Part shown: in pieces, positions 31,219 to 43,910 of the stretch
Numbering within the stretch: position 1 is the first letter of the stretch
How the letters are laid out: the number at the start of each line of letters is the position of its first letter
Source: the human T2T-CHM13v2.0 reference genome, Homo sapiens
Assembly: GCF_009914755.1 (NCBI RefSeq)
Contig: NC_060927.1
Reading direction: 5' to 3' (one strand)
Length of the DNA: 64,000 nt
Notes under the pieces: generated by a model
Database searches by the model: none
What the model saw: the letters and a program-made list of their open reading frames with translations, nothing else
Told to the model about the DNA's origin: nothing
Position numbers and translations under genes: made by a program

Positions 31219-31783
31219 CTCATCTTGCCACAGTGTCTTGAGGCCTTCCACCTTTTAATAGCATATGGCAGATAGTAATCAGTCATTCCTTTTCAGTATA
31301 TTTCTGTTTTTTACAGATGTATATATTTCTGTCTATTCTACTATACTTAGAGAAATATTATGTATCTTTATTCTAGGGAGATATGCACTTAACAAAAATA
31401 TTAATATGTGTGTATGGGCCTAACAATGTGTGAGATTATATAAAGTATAATAATGAACATTTCAAATCATATTACCTTCTTTTTTAAATTATCATCCTTA
31501 CATAAATCTTATGATGTTTTCAAGTATTTCCGTCTTCATCATTGAAGCTATGAGAAGATAAGTTATATACCTAAAGAGATCAAGGAAAGATAGGAAAGAA
31601 TCATTGTAAGTCCACTATGCTCTTCAAATAATATAATGACCAGTATGAACTGAGATAACCTTTAGACAGGGTAGTAGGAATCACTATTGCTACTACCCCC
31701 ATCATTGTCACTGCTCTTGGTGGGTCTAGATATGTTTTATATCAATTATCTGTTTTAATCCTCCTAACCCTAAGAGACAGCTA

Positions 31784-31828
31784 TTAGTTGGGTACAAAAG
31801 TAATTGTGGTTTTTACTATTACTTTTAA
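31784..31828. mobile_element. Half MADE1 (Hsmar1 MITE) inside a MIR
   Basis: ttagttgggtacaaaagtaattgtggtttttactattacttttaa matches one arm plus spacer of MADE1; TA on both sides. Confidence 0.8.
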
Positions 31829-32614
31829 TATTATTCTCATCTTACAAATAAGAAAAGTAAGACTCCAGTGTTGGTCAGGGTTATCCATGTAAAATCAAAC
31901 ACCAGTCTATTTTAATCCAAAGCTCATCAATGAAAGCTAAATTTTAGGCATATTAATGAACATGAATTTGCAGAGTGTGTCGTTTAAAAAGGAAGTTTTT
32001 TTTTTTTAATATTGAGAATGAAAAAAAGGCATAATAGCATCAATCCAGAGTAAAGGAAGCCAATAGAGTCTGAGTAGGCAGATTCTAGGGTTTCCATGTT
32101 AACAGGAACAGTATCTGATCAGAGGGACAGGGCTAGACCTAACTGGGTGAGAAGATGGAGTTTCACAGATGCACTGGTTCAAAGATAATTGAGACTTATG
32201 TGGAAAATCTCCTTTTGATCTACTGCTAACCCAAAGTCTCCTTTATTAACAGTTAATGAAAACTGAGCCCTATACCACAGACCAATGTACACATGAAAAA
32301 AGTGCTCACATCTTTAGTTACAAGAGAAATGAAGATTGAAACCATATGGAATGCCAATATATATCCACTGAAATGGCTGTTATGAAAGAGGCTGACAGTA
32401 ACAAATAATGGCAAGGATGTGGAGCAACTAGAACTCTCATGTGTTATAAGTCAGGGTATAAATTGGTGCAATTACTTTGGAAAAGGGTTTGACAGGTTTA
32501 TAAAAGGCTTAAACACATCTATGCTATGACTCAGCCATTATGTTTATTATGTTTGTACACAAAGGAGTTTTTCCAAGAGAATTGAAAACATGTCTACAAC
32601 AAACCTTATATTAG

Positions 32615-32919
32615 TTTTTTTTTTTTTTTTTTTTTTTTTGAGACAGTCTCGCTCTGTCACCCAGACTGGAGTACAGTGGCGCAATCTCGACTGACTGCAA
32701 CCTCTGCCTCCTGGGTTCAAGTGATTCTCCTGCCTCAGCCTCCCAAGTAGCTTAGGTTACAGACCCCCACCACCACACCCAGCTAACTTTTGTATTTTCG
32801 GTAGACACGGGATTTTACCATGTTGGCCAGGCTGGTCTTGAAGTGCTGGCCTCAAGTGATCTGCCTGCCTTGGCCTCCCAAAGTGCTGGGATTACAGGCA
32901 TGAGCCACTGCACCCAGCC
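32615..32919 (-). mobile_element. AluSx/Sz-like
   Basis: Long poly-T followed by a full antisense Alu. Confidence 0.95.
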
Positions 32920-33275
32920 AGAATGTTAATAGCTTTATTCAAAGTAGCAAAAATGGAAAGAGCCTAGGTGTTCATCAGTAGGAGAATACATAAACTGTTG
33001 TTTATTCATACAGTAGAATATGATGCAGTGGTTAAAAATAGCAACATGAATGAATCTTAATACATGGTGAGTACAGGAAGCCATACACAAGGAAATGCGT
33101 ACTGTTTGTATTCACATACAACACCAGGATAGGGGAACATAATCTATAGTGTAATAAATGAGGTAAGCCATTCTTTTGGGGGCAGGATTTTACAAGGAAA
33201 GAATATAAGGAAACTTTCTAGAGTGATAAAAGTATTTTATATATTAATAGGATTATGGATTGAACTATATACTTT

Positions 33276-33640
33276 CCTTTTAAATTTCAACTTTTAGGAT
33301 CACATGGTACACTGTGCAGGTTTGTCACATGGGAATATTTCATGATGCTGAGGTTTGTGTTATGATCGATCCCATCACCCATGCAGTGAGCATAGTACTG
33401 AATAGGCAGTTTTTCAGTCCTTGCCCCACTCTTTTCCTCTCCTCTCTAGTAGTTCCAGTGTCCATTGTTCCTGTCTTTATGTCCATGTGCACCCAGCGTC
33501 TAGCTCCCAGTTATAAGTGAGTACATGTGGTATTTGGTTTTTCTGTTCCTGAGTTAATTTGCTTAGAGTAATGGCCTCCAACTGTATCCATGAATGACAT
33601 GATGTCATTCCTTTTTATGGCTGTATAGTATTCTATAGCA
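33276..33640 (-). mobile_element. L1PA15/16-like 3' end nested in the older L1
   Basis: gtgcaggtttgtcacatggg...gatgctgaggtttg...gatcccatcaccc; TSD gaactatatacttt / gaactatacccttt. Confidence 0.8.
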
Positions 33641-33863
33641 GAACTATACCCTTTAGATTGTTGCGGTTTACCATATGTGAAGTATTCTTCAATAAAAATA
33701 ATCTTTAAGATTATCAAGCTGTATGGCTTATAGGTAGCTCTTGTGTTGAAGAAACTACTACATGTGAATTCTTGTGCTTACCCACATGCTCATGTAGGAA
33801 TGAGCACAAACACACAGGAACACCATATAACACATGCATGGGAACATATTCCTTATGGGGCTG

Positions 33864-34157
33864 TTTGTTGTTGTTATTTTTTTTTTTTTTAGACAAAGCC
33901 TCAGTGTCGTACAATGACATGATCATGGCTCACTGCAGCCTTGACTTCCCGAGCTCAGGTGCTTCTCCCACCTCAGCCTTCTAATTAGCTGGGACCACAA
34001 GCATGCACCATCATGCCCTGCTAATTTTTTGTATTTTTGTAGAGATTAAGTTTTGTAACGTGGCCCAGGCTTGTCTCAAACTCCTGGGCTCGAGCCATCT
34101 GCCCTCCTTGGCCTTCCAAAGTGCTGGGATTACAGGCATGAGCCAAAGCGCCCAGCC
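33864..34157 (-). mobile_element. AluJ
   Basis: gatcatggctcactgcagccttgact and ctcctgggctcgagc are J-type diagnostics; partial deletion. Confidence 0.9.
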
Positions 34158-37100
34158 TAGCCTGTTTTTAAGTATGAAGGATAATGAGACATAAGGTAGA
34201 TTGGACCTATAATGTCTTCTCAGAAATCATGTTAAAGACCCACCGTATGAAAACAGTTGGGGGAATCTGCCCTTTTTTGCCCAAAGCAGTCCTCACATTG
34301 GCTTTACTACCCCCTCCCCAGCCTCCCACATTCTGTACTTTGCTCTGGACATCCTCACGAGCCAGATCCTCATTGAAAATGAGCCCCTTTGAATTAGCTG
34401 CTTAAAAAGATGGAGCTACCATGATGCCACAAGAAACCCAGCTTGTGCAAAGGCAGCACTAATTTTAAAACTCAAGTGTTATGTCTGGGTTTTTTTTTTT
34501 TTTTTTTTTATTAACCTCTCCTAGAACTCTTCTGTGCTGTCATACATAAATCAGAAGATTATGAAAGAACTAGTCAAAGTGGCTGTTTCCTTCTAAGGCT
34601 GTAATTTGGTTCCATGAATTATTAATTATTAGACTGATATGGCATCAGCTCCTCAGAACCCAATATAAATGCAAAAGCCTCACCTTATCAGTTATAATCT
34701 AAGGAGCTGCAGTAATGTCATTCTTCCCATTTAGTGGTGTGTTATGGGGTTTAGGATATTCAACCCAACAAACTTCTGAAATAAAATACAAAGTAAAGGA
34801 TATTTTTGTGTGTGACGAGATTTGAAATTCAGTATAAGGAAGCAGATGTGGATTGCTTCAAGGGTTTTGATTGTTTTGAAGGATGGAGTTGTTTCATAGA
34901 TGCTAAAGCAAATAACAGGGCATGTAAAAGACTGTGGTTGAAGAAAACTGCCTGAAAGTAAAGCTTTGGAACATCTTGCATCTCTGCTGCTGTTAGGGAG
35001 GAAATAAATAATGCACCATGGATTGAAGTTGTGCTAAAGATACATTCAGTATATGTTGAAAGCAAACATCTGATATAGTAAGTATATTTTTCTTATGCGA
35101 ATTACAGCTCTTATATTCTTTGAAGCAAGAACTAAAAACGTATTAATTTTTTGTTTGTTTGTTTTGCTGGAGTACTTAGCTTTAATACTTGATGATGCCT
35201 CCCAGTTTTCTTTGGTTCTGTCTTTAATATGTAATGTCATGTTATTTTAAAATGTTCTGAAGAAAAAAATTTATAAGCTTAAATTCTGTTCCGTTTTGTG
35301 AGCACAAGATTAGTCTCCTTTTAGGTGCAAGTTTTTTTTTTTAGCAGTTTCTGGATATTTTAGAAGTGTGCTCCTCACATATACATACATCTGATTGTAT
35401 CAAATACAGACTACAGTATGCAGCTAATGTTGCAAACGCCACACTGCTCAGCATTGCAGTATAAAGAAGGAAGTAACACCTAAGCTGTAATGTAGCCAAT
35501 GGATTGGGGGTTCTATGAATGGAAATTCTAACCAAGTAGAAATATATGTTGGAGTTAGCTATGCTAAAGTAAATGTGTTCTGTTTCACTAACTTAGCCAT
35601 TCTAAGAGATTATTTAGAAATAATTAGTTTGCTAAATCTCTGCAAACTTTCATATTATTCATAGAAATTTCAGTAGCTTTGTTACTCTGAGCACACTACA
35701 GCAACCCCAGTGCTCTTTGACTTAAATAGATTACATTTTTTAACAAATTATTTTATGGGGTTGAATTTGGTCTAAGAAAATGAAGAGTGTATTCATTCTA
35801 TTAAAAAATGGCTAAATATGAAAATGGCTTGAGTGATAAAAGTACCTTGACTATGCTCTACTGTTTCTATATAGTCAGTTTTAAGAAACTGACAAATTAA
35901 AAATTTTCTCGAACTCTCTGTAAAGTTAAAATATTAAAAGTCGAGACAGTTTTCTTCATTAGGCCTGAGAGGCAAAGGTGTGATATATTAGCATTTGAAA
36001 AATAAATAACAGTGCATCAAAAATTATGAAAACTTTTAAGTATGCTTAAAGAATAGGATTTATATCCAAAAAGTTTCCTGAAATAAATAGATTGTGCCAC
36101 ATAATTTATGACTCATTAAAACAAAAACAAAAGATGATATTTCTTCTTTAGTGTGAAATAACTCATTTTCTATTTTAAATTAATTGCTTTCTATAGGCAA
36201 ATTAGGGGCAAATATTCATCAGAATAGCAATTACTTGAAATTTTTTCATGTTTAATATGGTACTGTTTTCAGTTCATTAATACTATTGGCCAACAGCTAC
36301 TATAAAAAATTAATACTTTTCCAAATTTACTTTCTGTATGAGAGATTGATTCATTATATTGCCATTGAGGGGAAAAAGCTATGTAGAAGTAAGTTTACTA
36401 TGGACAGGTTTAGTCAATACTGTGTTGAGTAGACTGTGCATGAGATATAGGGTAGATTTAGACCTGAATTAACAGTGCATCAGACTATGAAATTTTGTTC
36501 AGTATTAAAACAAAATTATCTTGATAAGCATCTCCAAAATCACATTTCTGGCCCATCATTGTTGGGGTGTATACCACGGAACTGAGAGTTCCCTGAAACA
36601 CTTGGAAATGATCACTGATCTGGACTTGATCCCAAATGATGGGGCTCATTCTCCTTTCAATTTTGCTAACTTATTTTGATCTCCTGCCTTCAGTTTTACC
36701 AGAGATTTGAATTATGTATTTGGATTTGCAATAAACTATAGAATATGGAGGCTCAGGCGTTTCCATATATTGATTTATTACATACATCTTAAGTTTTAAA
36801 TTGGCCAAATCAAAGGTAGTAGGTTTAAAACCCATATGGTAACTTAGGAATCAGACAGCATTTGGGGAGAAGCAACATACAGAAAATATCCTTTGGTCCA
36901 ACCCAGTCATTAAAACAAGAAAGAGCTATTGAACTGGGGAAAAAAAGAAAGAAAAGAGAAAAAAATAATATCCTTTAGGTTAGAGTGCTGGCTTTCCCCA
37001 CCCAATATCTGTGTCAGTTTCTCTGGGGTCCCTTTCTGTTCTGGTTTGCCCTTACTCTGGGTTAGTTTAGATTCCTTATCACCAGCCATGGTAAGCCATA

Positions 37101-38133
37101 GTAAGCATGTTCAGCTTCCTCACTTCTGTACCCTATCTAGTGTCTTATGTTATTTTTGCCCCTGTAAGTTTGAGCCATTGTAACTTCTGTGGCCATAGTT
37201 TCAAGACTATGCTTATGATGTGGATGAAGGTGTTTTTGTTTTTGTTGTTGTTTGTTTCTTTTTCTGTGGGATACCTTAGGATTCATTCATTTGTGATTTC
37301 AGAATGGAGTGAGAGAGAGCTGTTTTTGAAAATAAGTTATGCTAACTTACTAGCTGTTACTAGTTACATAAGTTCTCTGAGTCTCTGTTTTTTTCTCTAT
37401 TTGTAAATGAAAATGTTAATATTAACTATCTTATTTGATTATTGTGAGAATTGAATGAGATAACACATGTAAGATACTTGGAATTCACCCTCCATATACT
37501 AAATGCTCAATAAATCTACTATGTTCGAGTATGATATGAGGAAGGTTTATGCTTCTCTAAAAATCACTGCAATTAATTCTAGTTTGGGTTAATAATGGAT
37601 TTGGTCTGTTATATGGATTCTAAGTGGAATAACTATGAATGTTATTTAAATGTATATTTATATCAATGAAGAGTGAAAATCAAATGGTTTCATCATTACC
37701 AGCTTACCACATAATCATGCTGTGGTGGAAATCTACTTGTAAAGAGTAACCTCTGCATTTTTCTTCAGATACAATCAATAAATGTGAGTGATTTCATTAC
37801 TTATGAAATAATTCAGGAAGAAATATAATTGTGTGCATCATGTAATATAATTGAATGTGGACAGACAAACCAAGACTAATTACGGGCTTGGGTTTTCCCA
37901 GGAAATATTTATGTAAGTAACTTCTATAGGTGGATATCAGTCCTGTAAGGATTTTGACATTCTTCTGCCTTCAGTAATGCAGCACTTTCTCATCTTCAAG
38001 AGCTAGCTCATTTGTGAAGCTTTCCTGTGTAACCCTACCACGAAATAATATTTTTCTACTTTAAACAATTCTAGTATCACAAAACCAGAAGCTTGTTTCT
38101 GTGCTATTTTGAAATTTTCTCCATTTTTCCATA

Positions 38134-38243
38134 ATATATATGTACACACACAAACATACACACACATATGTAAAAGAAATATATATATATATGTGGGTGG
38201 GTGTATGTGTGTGTATATGTGTGTGGTGTGTGTATGTGTGTGA

Positions 38244-38303
<60 letters not shown>
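38134..38303. repeat. Compound (CA)/(TG)/(AT)n microsatellite with about 30 AT units at 38244-38303
   Basis: Directly visible; one C interruption in the AT run. Confidence 0.97.
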
Positions 38304-38305
<2 letters not shown>

Positions 38306-38867
38306 TTTTTTCCTTCTTCTTAAATTTTATTACAAGATATTGGAATCACATGCTTACCATCCACCCTTCCTCCTGCCACTTGGTGGATATTTGTATTTCT
38401 GTAGATACTTAAGTAAACAATATAGCTCAGCTTCAAAAGTCTTAGTTCAACAAATCAAATAAAAAGATGCAAAATGTAGGTTTAGTAACAAGTTAATGTT
38501 CTCATGTATGAGTAATGGTGCAAAAGCCATGACTATTATAATTTTTTAAATATTTGAAGTGTTGTACCTATAAGCAAAGAAACTAACTTTGTGGTGGCTT
38601 TTATTTCAAGTTTTCCAATCCTTACTTTAAAGACATTTGGATTATGCTGTGCATAATAGGAGAAATACTGCCCTATGTTCCAACTTTCAATTTCTAAATT
38701 TATTTATATATTACTATATATAAGTATATTATTCAAACCCCATCACAGGTTTGAAATTAACCCTCTTGGGGAACATCATAATAGTTTTCTTCTTAGACTT
38801 CTTATAGGATAGGTGTGTATTGGGAAATTAGCACATTACTTATTTTTACACATAAATAATCACTTCA

Positions 38868-38906
38868 TTTTAATTTTCTGCTCTGATTTCCACCTTTCAG
38901 GTATGT
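38868..38906 (+). other. Candidate juxtaposed 3'/5' splice site (recursive-splice-site-like)
   Basis: ttttaattttctgctctgatttccacctttcAG|GTATGT; no AG between 38832 and 38898. Motif evidence only. Confidence 0.3.
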
Positions 38907-40242
38907 ATACCAGATACTGAAATGGCTGATCCCACTTTGATCACCTGTATTACAGAATTAGGTTATTTTCCAAATTTGACAAAATTGCAATTAAGAATTG
39001 CTTCTTAGTAGACTTTGCAGAGTATCTGAGTTACGTTCTTTGGATCTCATGATTTTAGAAATGTTTAGAGAACATTTTGTTCATTCCACTAATGGGAAGA
39101 TAGACCCCAAGAGGTTTCTCAAGGTCAGAGAGCCTGCTAGGGAAGGAGTCAGACCCAGAAATCAGGTCTCCTGACTTCTTGTATAATGTCCTTTTTAGTG
39201 TACCATATTTCCTCAGTCAGATCGATCTACTCGTCCCTGCTGACATTCAGAAATCTCCCAGGTATTTGTAGATAATGTAGCTAGTGGCTATTTTGGAGCA
39301 TCAGTCTAGAAGTTAAGATAATAAAATAGAGTTTTCACTTTATTATGTTTTTGTGTGTAAATTATTTCACAACTTAAAGCTTTATTTTTTTCTGTAAAAT
39401 AATCATAGGTTTCTAATATTTTGGCTTTTCTAGTTTTCTCAAATGACTTGATTGAAGACAATCTGAGTAATTCAAGACTAGAGAGGCAAACAAGAAAGAA
39501 GGAAGAATTATTTCATTCTTATTAGGAGTGAACAGTGCACATGGTTTGAAGTTTTCATCAGGGATTCCGAATCTGTTGTTTCTATAGCTAATAATAGATT
39601 GCTCTTCAGATAGGCTGCTAAACTTTGTAGAGGTTAAAACTTTCACCACACGAGTGTGGCTGTTTGTTCACCGCAGTGCATTGCCAGGTAAACTTTAACC
39701 GAAAGCTCAAGAGATTTGATATTTTAATCCTACAAAAGCAATTTTGTTTGCCAGCAAAGTAATACCTGGATTTTTAGTTTCTCAGAGGAGCTAGGCATAG
39801 AATTTAAAATGTATTAGAGCTGCCCTTGGGGCTAAGAACATCTGCTGGACTGTAGTCTAATAAAACAGAATCTGACAAAGATGAGGTCTATGACATGTAC
39901 TCTGCTACAACCATACTTGAGTAGATCAAACGGGTTGGTTTGACAAACTGATCAAGACAACAGGCTTATGGAAACTGCCTCACTAGGACAGCTATCCTCT
40001 TCCTTCAGGGTTCTGCCCCAAATCTCCCTTGCAGCTGAATTTAATGGGATTTTATCATATCCCCAACATGCAGTCTAAGAGCTGAACTCCCACCTCTTTT
40101 CTGTTTGACAGAATCTCTCTTATGAGCTTAGGGATAAATATTGGGACTTAGACCAAACAAAAATTGGTGAAATTTTTGGAAAGGAGATGTAGATTTAAAC
40201 TTAGAATTGTCAGGTTCAAGTCTTTTCCTCCTCCATCTCTGA

Positions 40243-40550
40243 TTTTTTATTTTAGATTTTTAAGTATTATGAATTCATAGTAGTCGTACATATTAAAGGG
40301 GTACATGGGATATTTTGAAACAAACATACAATGTGTAATTATTAAATCAGGGTAATTGGGATATTCATCACCTCAATTTCCTGTCCCTCCATTTATCTGT
40401 ATTAGGAACATTTGAATTCCACTCTTTCAGTTATTTTGAAATATACAATAAATTATTGTTAACTAGTGACCCTACTTGTGCTACTGAACACTAGATCTTT
40501 TTCCTTCTATCTGTATTTTCGTACTCGTTTGCCATCCCTCTTTATCCCAA
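40243..40550 (-). mobile_element. L1MA-like 3' end
   Basis: ggggtacatgggatattttga...aaatcagggtaattgggatattcatcacctcaa; TSD ctctgatttt at 40237-40246 and 40551-40560. Confidence 0.82.
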
Positions 40551-40769
40551 CTCTGATTTTATCTAAGCCTCTCAATGTGTCTTATATCTACTAGTTTCTT
40601 ATAAAATATAGTAATAGCAATTCCCACCTTCTTTATGGTACAATGTTTTTCTAGGGAATTTAATATACCTAAAGTATATGAAAGTTCTTTAAGCAGGTTA
40701 TACCTTACGCAGTACAAATTGCTGTGATTGCAATAGTTCCTTGTGTATCTCATCTTTTGAAGAGAGGAG

Positions 40770-41219
40770 TGTATTAACTTCCTGGAGCTGCCACAAACTG
40801 GGTGGCTTAAATAACATAAATTTATTGTCTTATCGTTCTGGAGGCTAGAAGTCAGAGATCAAGGTGTCGGCAGGGTTCGTTTCTTTTGAGGTCTGTGAGA
40901 ATCTGTCCCATGCCTTTCTTCTAGCTTTGGGTGGTTTGATAGCAATCCTTGGCCTTCTTTGTCTTGTATCACGCCGAGCTCTGCTTAAACCTTCTCTCTA
41001 TATACTAGTCTATGTCCAAATTTCCTCCTTCTAAAGGATGCCAGCCATATTTGATTAGGGGCCTGCTCTACTCCAGTATGACCTCATCCCTTACACTAGA
41101 TATAACCTCAGAATTATATCTGCAGTGACCCTATTTCCAAAAAAGGTCACATCCTAAGGTACTGAGAGTTAGGACTTCAATATATTAATGTGAAGGGGGA
41201 CACAGTTCAACACATAACA
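40770..41219 (-). mobile_element. MLT1C-like MaLR solo LTR
   Basis: tgtattaacttcct...gttctggaggctagaagtc...gggggacacagttcaacacataaca; TSD aggag/aggaa. Confidence 0.88.
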
Positions 41220-41980
41220 AGGAACATAACATTTTTTTTGTCTCACTGTTCTTAACTTACTGCTGCTTTTACTCAAAAAATTTGGGATGACCATGATGTT
41301 TCTGGATCTTCCCGTCCCTCTGTCCCTGCTCTTCCTGTAAATCTCAACCTACTTTCTAATATATTTCTTGTATAATCTCAAAGTACAAGAATATGCATAC
41401 CATAAGATAAGCACTGAATAATTGTAAATCACTCTTAGTAAATTAGTAGTCTAGGCTAATCTGATTGTCAGCTGTTAATTTTGTGGTTTCTGAGAATCAT
41501 CAAATAATGTACTCAAACCTGCTGATTGTTTATATTTTTTTGAACTACAAAGAACTTTCATTTACAGTATTACATCTAAACCAACATAGTTAATATTTAT
41601 ATTCTTATCAAAGATGTCAAACTTCAGGTGTAGAGGTGATGAAATGCCAAAAGTCACCTGGCTAGTAATTAATACAGCCTGAATTAGATTTTAAGAGTTT
41701 TTAATTTCAAACCTAGAATTCTTTCTGCTCTATCATTATGCTGCTCTTTAGAAAATGGGTATAGGAAGGTTTGTGACCTCTGTTTGAAACCCATGGAACT
41801 ACATAGTGGACCCTATGAGTACAGATTGTCCATATAATACTTTCTCAATTTCTTCACATCAGACATTTGTGATTTCTATTATCTATCCACAGTGGTTATT
41901 GTGCATGAGGCTCTATAGTTGACATAAATAGTGAAAAGAATTGTTTCATTTCTCTGAATTGTTGTTCTGCAGAAACCTCA

Positions 41981-42632
41981 TGTATTTGTTTTCTAGTGCT
42001 GCTCTAATGAATTACCACAAATTTAGTGGCTTAAAACAACACCCATTTATTAGCTTACAATATTTATGGATCAGAAGTGTAAACACAGCATGGATCTCTG
42101 CTTAGGGTCTCACAAGGCCTACAGCAAGGTCGTGACAGGCCTTTCCCCTTCCTGGAGCTGGAGGAGAAAATTTGTTTTCAGTCTCATTCAAGCTGTTGGC
42201 AGAATCCAGCAGGATGTGATTGTATGATTGAGGCCCTCATATTTTGCTGGTTTTTGGCTGGAGGTCATTCTCAGCTCCTAGCATCTGCTCGCATACCCTG
42301 GCTGCTGGCCCTCTTCAAAGCCAGAAATGATGGTAGAGTTCTTCTCACATTCTCTCTGCTCTCCCTTTCTACCTCATCTGTCCTGCCTCACCTTCTCCTC
42401 CACATATTTCTGAAGGAGGCTCTTCTGTCTTCCCCTTCTGCTTTTAAGGACTCATATGATTACATTGGGCCAACTGATTATCTAGGGTAATCTCCCTGTT
42501 GTAAAGTCAGCTAATTAATCACCTTAATTCCATCTGCAAAGTCCCTTCACAGTAATACTTAGATCGGTATTTGATAGAATAATCAGTAAATGGGAACCTT
42601 TGAGGGACAGCTCTAGAATTCGGCCTATAACA
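41981..42632 (-). mobile_element. MLT1E-like MaLR solo LTR
   Basis: tgtatttgttttcta...ccacaaatttagtggcttaaaacaacaccc...ctagaattcggcctataaca; TSD cctca/tctca. Confidence 0.82.
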
Positions 42633-43437
42633 TCTCAGTATTTTTTTTCTTTTTGCATTAAGCATTTTCAAATCAGTTCTTTACCCCCAAAATCATGTTG
42701 TTTAGAATGTACTAGGTGCTTTCAACTTATGTTATTCTTATGGCATCTGAATGGGATGGAGACAGTCATCCCCATTTCTTCGATAAGAAAGTAAAGACAA
42801 CAAGTTTAAAAGGTTTTATCAGATACACAGGGAGTATAATTTAAAGTATATCAGAGTTCTTCTCAGTGTAAAGTACGTCTGCTAGTTTTTAACATAATAA
42901 AAGATAACAAGCCCTTATTTTATTCTTTCTGTTTTAATCATTTATGTAATTGACTTGTTCTTTCCATATTTCTTCCCAATGTATGAATCCTATGAGATTA
43001 TCATCCAGTTTCAGAGCAGGGGCAGGAATTGTTTGGGGGAGTAAAAATACATGGATTAAATGCCTAGCTCTTGGTCAGTATGGTACATATAATTCCAAGC
43101 TTTGTTTGGTGAGAGAGCTTGAAATTAATGACAACCCAGTAGCAATGAGCACACCTAGGACTCATATCTTGGTATTTAAATATCAGTTCTTCAAATGCTC
43201 TTTGAAGTAGCTGATTTCAAATCTGGGGTAGCTATAGTACAAGATGAGCCTGGAGCAACTTTGGCACTAAAAAGTTAGAAAGTCCTCAAAAAGTAAGAGT
43301 GCATGTCAAAGGACATAGGCACTGACATGAAAGAACCCCCAATGACCAAAGCTGCAAAATTGGAGCAACCCAATTAATAACTATAGTTATTTATTTAACC
43401 CATAGAATAAAATAGATATATGCGAACCCATACTGTT

Positions 43438-43454
43438 ATAGATAGGTAGATAGG

Positions 43455-43489
<35 letters not shown>
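43438..43489. repeat. (GATA)n tetranucleotide STR with GGTA variants
   Basis: Directly visible. Confidence 0.97.
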
Positions 43490-43584
43490 GAGTCAAGGAT
43501 CAGCTCTTCCTTCCAGAAGAATTATAATTAATAAATGAATTATAGAAGGAATAAAAGAAATTGAACACCATCATCAAAACACTA

Positions 43585-43910
<326 letters not shown>

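Larger units (their letters stand above)
32270..33700 (+). mobile_element. Old L1 (L1MB/ME-like) 3' region interrupted by an Alu and an L1PA
   Basis: acacatgaaaaaagtgctcacatc...ggcaaggatgtggagcaactagaactctcat...ggaaactttctagagtgata...caataaaa. Confidence 0.75.
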
